Shown here one piece after another: positions 52,597 to 56,808 of a stretch of 56,808 nt of DNA. The DNA comes from a virus (lineage: Duplodnaviria > Caudoviricetes). Location of the stretch: positions 1 through 56,808 of IMG/VR virus record IMGVR_UViG_3300022752_000083; one strand, 5' to 3'. The notes below the pieces were generated by a model. It ran no database searches. It worked only from the letters and a program-made list of their open reading frames with translations, and had not been told where the DNA came from. The position numbers and the translations under genes are program-made. Every line of letters starts with the position of its first letter. Position 1 is the stretch's first letter.

Positions 52597-52850
52597 TAGA
52601 TAACCTCTCTGTAAATGAATTCGGTGGCGTGGTCGGAGAATGTCAAATGGTTGTGTTGGAACATCAGCGTACCGTTGTCATCACACTCTATGAGGACAGC
52701 AAGACGCATGAGAGCCACAGACAAAGCAGGGTAGGTCTCACTCCACTCATTGATACCGTCTGTGTAACGCAGATTAAACAATGTTCCATTGGGTTCGATG
52801 TAGGCAACGCCTAGACCGAGGTCAAGAGAGATTGGATAGTGTTTAATCAT
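52596..52850 (-). CDS. hypothetical protein
   Basis: SD AAAGGA. Confidence 0.6.
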   Translation of the reverse strand: MIKHYPISLDLGLGVAYIEPNGTLFNLRYTDGINEWSETYPALSVALMRLAVLIECDDNGTLMFQHNHLTFSDHATEFIYREVI

Positions 52851-53013
52851 TGGTTATTTCCTTTGTCAGTTCAGAGTTGATTCGGTCTCTTTGCTCAGGT
52901 GTGAGCGTGTAGTACAGGCGGTAGAGCAGGTGCAACTGTGCGCTTTTTAGGTCGTAGTCTTTGTGGATACCGGCAATCCGGCTAATCCACAGGTTGAGTT
53001 CTGTGTGGCTCAT
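52843..53013 (-). CDS. 56-aa hypothetical protein
   Basis: ATGA coupling; fills gap. Confidence 0.5.
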   Translation of the reverse strand: MSHTELNLWISRIAGIHKDYDLKSAQLHLLYRLYYTLTPEQRDRINSELTKEITND

Positions 53014-53186
53014 GCGAATTCACCGACCTTCGTTACAACAGTCTCCAGAGCGTCAATGCTGTCCATGCCTACGGAGTCGTACACCTGAATCTCTGCCATG
53101 CGTCGTGCTTGCCACTCGTCGTCTGCCACCACATAAGTGACAATGTTTACTAATTCGTAAACGAAACGCACTTCATAATCAATCAT
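53010..53186 (-). CDS. hypothetical protein
   Basis: SD GGGAG; start MIDYEV. Confidence 0.55.
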   Translation of the reverse strand: MIDYEVRFVYELVNIVTYVVADDEWQARRMAEIQVYDSVGMDSIDALETVVTKVGEFA

Positions 53187-53197
53187 TGTCGTTCTCC

Positions 53198-53578
53198 CTA
53201 TGTGATGTTTTCGTAATCGGTCTCGGAACAGTAACGCCATTCTCCGTCTGCTTCATCCTCGATTTGGTCTGTGTATTCGTCAAGGTCAATCTCGTCAGCG
53301 TTGTCAAAGATTGATTGCTCAACCTCAATTGCTACGGTCATCTCTTTGGTGACGCGCACTTCGACGGTCTTGGTGACCATGATTGGCTCGATGAATCCCT
53401 GACGAGCCATTTCACTTAACGTCATACGAATGTCTGTCAGCGAGTGGTGCATACCCTGCGCCAAGTCAATCTTGCCGTCTTTGTGAAGCGTGATAAGGCT
53501 ACTGACCAGTTCGCGTACCCAATCCTCTGTGGGGTAGCGACGGGTCTCAACCTGTGCGTTCATTGCGTTGTATTCCAT
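53198..53578 (-). CDS. hypothetical protein
   Basis: TAATG coupling. Confidence 0.6.
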   Translation of the reverse strand: MEYNAMNAQVETRRYPTEDWVRELVSSLITLHKDGKIDLAQGMHHSLTDIRMTLSEMARQGFIEPIMVTKTVEVRVTKEMTVAIEVEQSIFDNADEIDLDEYTDQIEDEADGEWRYCSETDYENIT

Positions 53579-53952
53579 TAGTGTTTCCCTTTCTTTGGGT
53601 TGGTAATTCCAACTATTACTACGCTAATCGTTCTGACCAGCGAATTCCATTTTCTGCGGTAACGAATTGGTAACGATTCCCTGTGAGTTTCCCGATAATT
53701 AGTCGAGATGAAGTCATTGTGAATACTCTTGCTACCGGCGATGTGCATTGCATTTGGTACGCTCAATTTGCGCGAAGTAAGTGTGATTACTCTTATGTAA
53801 TGAGTCGGTTTATTTGGTCTTACCAATGGCTCAAGAAACTCTGAATGAACATTCTTCTTGCCAACGATTGATTGATAAGTCTCAATAAGTTGAGAGACTG
53901 TTTGACGATTGTCGTCTGTGTATGCAATATGAAACTTACCTACTGGTTTCAT
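53578..53952 (-). CDS. hypothetical basic protein
   Basis: SD AAGGGAG; AT-richer than neighbours. Confidence 0.55.
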   Translation of the reverse strand: MKPVGKFHIAYTDDNRQTVSQLIETYQSIVGKKNVHSEFLEPLVRPNKPTHYIRVITLTSRKLSVPNAMHIAGSKSIHNDFISTNYRETHRESLPIRYRRKWNSLVRTISVVIVGITNPKKGKH

Positions 53953-54080
53953 TAGTTAATCTCCCTTGTCTCGAATTGGTAGACATCTTCGTCGTGCTGT
54001 GGGCAGACCGCGTAATAGCCGTCTGATACTTCGTCGAATACCACAGGCGTGGCGCACCGGCTACATACCGTCGTTGTCAT
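53952..54080 (-). CDS. 42-aa zinc-finger micro-protein
   Basis: CSRC...CPQHDED; coupled on both sides. Confidence 0.55.
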   Translation of the reverse strand: MTTTVCSRCATPVVFDEVSDGYYAVCPQHDEDVYQFETREIN

Positions 54081-54331
54081 TGGTCATCCTCGCATCCGCA
54101 ACTACATCTGTACTCGGTGGCACAGATTAAACAGGCGTTGTCAATGAACGGCTCGACATTCTCGCATGGGGAACAACTAAGCCAGACTAATCCTAAGTTT
54201 TCTTTGGACAGAATCCGGTGAGCAAACTCCTCGACTCCCCATTGCCCAAAGCCTTGATAGATTAGATAACAAAGGTCGTGAACAGAGAGTAGTTGACTAC
54301 TGTCTAGATGTTGAAAGTAGATTGTTTTCAT
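54077..54331 (-). CDS. Cys-rich hypothetical protein
   Basis: CSPC, CLIC, CSCGC. Confidence 0.6.
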   Translation of the reverse strand: MKTIYFQHLDSSQLLSVHDLCYLIYQGFGQWGVEEFAHRILSKENLGLVWLSCSPCENVEPFIDNACLICATEYRCSCGCEDDQ

Positions 54332-54334
54332 TGT

Positions 54335-54541
54335 CTACTCCATTTCCTCTGTGTCTGTGTATTCAAAGTCTTTGTAGACTGAGTACGACAAGACTCCCTC
54401 GACTGATTCGTCTGTCATTTCAAACTCTGGATTGGAAATCAAGAGTGTGTCTGCTATGTCTACTGCCTGTTGTTCATCCTCTGCGGTGACAAAGGCTACT
54501 TTGGCAAGCGTGTAATAAAAAGTGACCTTGTATGTTTTCAT
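54335..54541 (-). CDS. hypothetical protein
   Basis: SD GAGGAG; start MKTYKVTF. Confidence 0.6.
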   Translation of the reverse strand: MKTYKVTFYYTLAKVAFVTAEDEQQAVDIADTLLISNPEFEMTDESVEGVLSYSVYKDFEYTDTEEME

Positions 54542-54849
54542 CGTGAATACTCCTCGTCGAATTGAGATATGAGGGACTCGAATCCCGCATTTGGATTGTA
54601 AGGGTGGGTACTGACCGCTTCGATGAACCGTAGTGAGCATGACTCTGACCACCACTTCTCAAGCCAGCGAAACATTATTTCTGGTGTGGCTTGGTTGTCA
54701 TTGACAGTAATCAGGGTGTCGTAACCATACCCTCGCATGAGCGAGACCTGCTCGTCATCCATGAGTACATAGATTTTGTGACAGGTGTCCCACGCGATAC
54801 CACGCGCGTCAGCGAGCCGTTCTTCGATTAATGTTTCGTTAGTTAGCAT
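54538..54849 (-). CDS. hypothetical phage protein
   Basis: SD GAAAGGA; IAWDTCHKIY and W..SC.LRFI blocks. Confidence 0.7.
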   Translation of the reverse strand: MLTNETLIEERLADARGIAWDTCHKIYVLMDDEQVSLMRGYGYDTLITVNDNQATPEIMFRWLEKWWSESCSLRFIEAVSTHPYNPNAGFESLISQFDEEYSR

Positions 54850-54871
54850 TGTGATTATCCTTTCGTGATAA

Positions 54872-54939
54872 TGCTTTGATAGTGCTTATGCTTGCTAGTG
54901 ATACTGCTTAGTAAGTCTTGCTTGCTCTTGCCTATGCTT
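54872..54939. repeat. cluster of TGCTT (AAGCA) pentamers
   Basis: TGCTT at 54872, 54883, 54889, 54905, 54919, 54935 plus TGCTA/TGCTC variants. Confidence 0.55.
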
Positions 54940-55519
54940 GGCTAGAGTACGCTGGCTTTTTCAGGTCTGTGTGTAAGCCAAAGTAATCTCTGGCTTCGTA
55001 CTCCAATGCTTCGTGAGTGCTGGACATGAGACCGCCAATGGCTTCGTGGCTTACCCAGTCGTATCGCACGTCGTTAGGGTCATCGTCGTTGCGGTAGGTG
55101 ACGCGCTTTTCCAATGACACTAGGTACACTTCTCCTTTGCTGTACGCTTCCCACTCTTGGACATGAGACATTATCCAATCAAGGGCAGGGTTTGTGTTGA
55201 TGTTTGTGCTGGCGGTTGCGTACCAGAGCGATATGCCATACTCGTCATGCAGGATGTAGTACGACTGTCCCTTACGCGCAAAGTGTCGCTCGATTGCTTC
55301 CTCTCGACCATAGCGGTCATTGTTCTCCCAGATGTTATCCAGAGTTTCTCCATCAGGGTCTGCGCCAAACGAAAATTCTTGATAGACGTATGAGTACAGA
55401 CTGTGAATAGATAGGGTCTGGTCATCCCACCACTCGCGTGGGTCTTGCGCGTGATTGTCGTAGTAGTACGCGATTCGCGTAGTTTCGTCAATTAATGTTG
55501 GTTCGTATGCTTCAGACAT
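54932..55519 (-). CDS. hypothetical protein, paralogue of 50078-50704
   Basis: start MSEAYE; KGEVY....KR.TY...W...IGGL. Confidence 0.65.
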   Translation of the reverse strand: MSEAYEPTLIDETTRIAYYYDNHAQDPREWWDDQTLSIHSLYSYVYQEFSFGADPDGETLDNIWENNDRYGREEAIERHFARKGQSYYILHDEYGISLWYATASTNINTNPALDWIMSHVQEWEAYSKGEVYLVSLEKRVTYRNDDDPNDVRYDWVSHEAIGGLMSSTHEALEYEARDYFGLHTDLKKPAYSSQA

Positions 55520-55656
55520 TAGATGGTCTCCGTTTCTTTGATACATTCTGGTTCAGGGTTGAGCGTGGGGATGACTCTGCGCTGTCCACACAGGTCGCAA
55601 GTCATCATCGCCACAGGGTCGCTGTACGCGATAACGCGCCATTCGTGCTTTGACAT
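55519..55656 (-). CDS. 45-aa micro-protein (H..W, CDLC)
   Basis: TAATG coupling on both sides. Confidence 0.5.
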   Translation of the reverse strand: MSKHEWRVIAYSDPVAMMTCDLCGQRRVIPTLNPEPECIKETETI

Positions 55657-55862
55657 TAGATGTCCTCTCTTGGTTCGTTGTTTACCCAGTCACACTCTGG
55701 ACATTGGTAGGTCTCGCCATTGGCGATAGGGTCGCGCCATGTCGTGTCGCACCAGTCACAGGCGTACTGGACTGGATAGCACGATAGGCAATTGTCTGCG
55801 CCACAACCGTAGGTTGACTGTCGTGACTGAAGTTCGATTACTTGCTCTTTGGTGAGTGGCAT
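55656..55862 (-). CDS. Cys-rich zinc-finger protein
   Basis: CG..NCLSC, CDWC, CPEC. Confidence 0.6.
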   Translation of the reverse strand: MPLTKEQVIELQSRQSTYGCGADNCLSCYPVQYACDWCDTTWRDPIANGETYQCPECDWVNNEPREDI

Positions 55863-56056
55863 TATGACTCCAATTCTGGTTGCGACAATTCGTAAACACA
55901 GATTGTCTGGTAGGCAGGTTTCATCTTTTGATTGAGTCGGTCATGATAATCAAGCGCGTCATTGAGCGCGTCTTTGCGACTCTGAGTGTCACTCAGCGCG
56001 TAGTCGAACACTCCATAAACGGAGTGTGGCTCTCTGCTATCCATAACAATAAACAT
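55862..56056 (-). CDS. hypothetical protein
   Basis: SD GAGG. Confidence 0.55.
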   Translation of the reverse strand: MFIVMDSREPHSVYGVFDYALSDTQSRKDALNDALDYHDRLNQKMKPAYQTICVYELSQPELES

Positions 56057-56059
56057 TGA

Positions 56060-56293
56060 TTACACTTCCTCTGGCGTGTAGACGATTACATCGTCGTTGA
56101 TTCGCTCGTCGAACACAGAGATTACTTCCTCTGTCGCTGTGACTTTGACCACGGCGTTAGCAGACTCCATTGTGGCTACTTGACGCTTTGCGTATCGCTC
56201 TAGGTACGACAAATCGTCAGAGTGGTATTTGTAACATTTTCCGCGTAGCGTATCGTCGATTGAGACTGTGTACCTTTTGATTGGTGTTGCCAT
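56060..56293 (-). CDS. hypothetical protein
   Basis: SD GAAAGGA; start MATPIK. Confidence 0.6.
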   Translation of the reverse strand: MATPIKRYTVSIDDTLRGKCYKYHSDDLSYLERYAKRQVATMESANAVVKVTATEEVISVFDERINDDVIVYTPEEV

Positions 56294-56337
56294 GATTATC
56301 CTTTCATGAGTGTTTGATATGGCTTTGGTGTTGCCGT

Positions 56338-56382
56338 GCCTGTGTACTCCACGACGAGTACGCGCCAGCGGTCTGGTCAGGC
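56338..56382 (-). ncRNA. three-way-junction structured element
   Basis: GCCTG/CAGGC closing CCAG-N4-CTGG and GTACTC-N6-GAGTAC. Confidence 0.5.
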
Positions 56383-56390
56383 TTGTCTTG

Positions 56391-56786
56391 TTAGACAGGT
56401 TGTAATTCTTCTTGCCTTGCCAATTCAGATGACGTGTTGCGAGTGTAGGTCGTTGTTCCCCACGATAGGTCATGCCCGATAGCGTCTGCTTCCACTTCCA
56501 CAGTCGTGCCAGACCGTGCTGAGGTTTCCCAGTCGCGGATACGCAACCGACCAACGACAATTACTCTGTCTCCTTTTTGGATTGAGAGTGCGCTGTTGAG
56601 TGCTAGATTGCGGAACATTGAGACCGTGTACCAGTTTGTGTCGGCGTCAACCCAGCGTTGCTGTACGCGGTCATATCGACGTTGTGAACAGGCAAGGCGG
56701 AATGACGTGATGGCGAGACCATCACTAGTTACAATGTGTCGCGGTGTCGTTGCCACCAGACCGGTGAGCGTTACGTTGTCAGTCAT
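56391..56786 (-). CDS. ssb: bacterial-type (actinobacterial) single-stranded DNA-binding protein
   Basis: VTLTG.VAT.P, SFRLA, WYTVS.FR.LA, KGDRV.V.GRLR.RDW, EVEADAIGHDL.WG. Confidence 0.9.
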   Translation of the reverse strand: MTDNVTLTGLVATTPRHIVTSDGLAITSFRLACSQRRYDRVQQRWVDADTNWYTVSMFRNLALNSALSIQKGDRVIVVGRLRIRDWETSARSGTTVEVEADAIGHDLSWGTTTYTRNTSSELARQEELQPV

Positions 56787-56808
56787 TTTATTTCCTCTTT
56801 CTTAGTTG

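Noticed and set aside
56294-56390. tRNA or hammerhead ribozyme
   Set aside because: No T-loop/anticodon cloverleaf or CCA; lacks the CUGANGA/GAAA core.
1-56808. Stop-codon reassignment (alternative genetic code)
   Set aside because: Standard-code ORFs tile both arms densely and all three stops terminate conserved genes.

Overview
A 56.8-kb segment of a large dsDNA tailed phage (myovirus) of Actinobacteria. The host call rests on two WhiB genes, an actinobacterial-type SSB resembling Microbacteriaceae SSBs, AGAAAGGA-type RBSs and apparent leaderless genes. Layout: (i) 142-18687 (+) contractile-tail module resembling eCIS/Afp-PVC loci (sheath, gp19-type tube, chaperones, tape measure with M23 domain, hub, wedge, J, gp5-OB/collagen fibre, glycosyltransferase, holin-like); (ii) 18724-36401 (+) replication/recombination (initiator with internal iteron origin, DnaC-like loader, DnaB, DnaG, SNF2, gp32-like SSB, PolA, RecA, resolvases, WhiB, Cas4-like nuclease, MT-A70 methylase inside an array of small paralogues, SpoVS); (iii) 36443-47305 (+) orphan-rich cluster with a Cys-rich gp88-like protein, a nucleotidyltransferase and a degenerate HAD + TGT-like pair; (iv) 47350-56786 (-) convergent early-type array of small genes. 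I saw no capsid, portal, large terminase, integrase, tRNA, rRNA or CRISPR. The most intriguing signals are non-coding: a GC-clamped hairpin after ssb whose loop is an anti-Shine-Dalgarno matching the early-gene RBS class, while many late genes are leaderless or coupled; a multi-stem leader RNA at 13-128; a three-way-junction element at 56338-56382; and gene-boundary repeats that delimit swappable cassettes. All protein calls come from motifs read by eye; no database searches were run.
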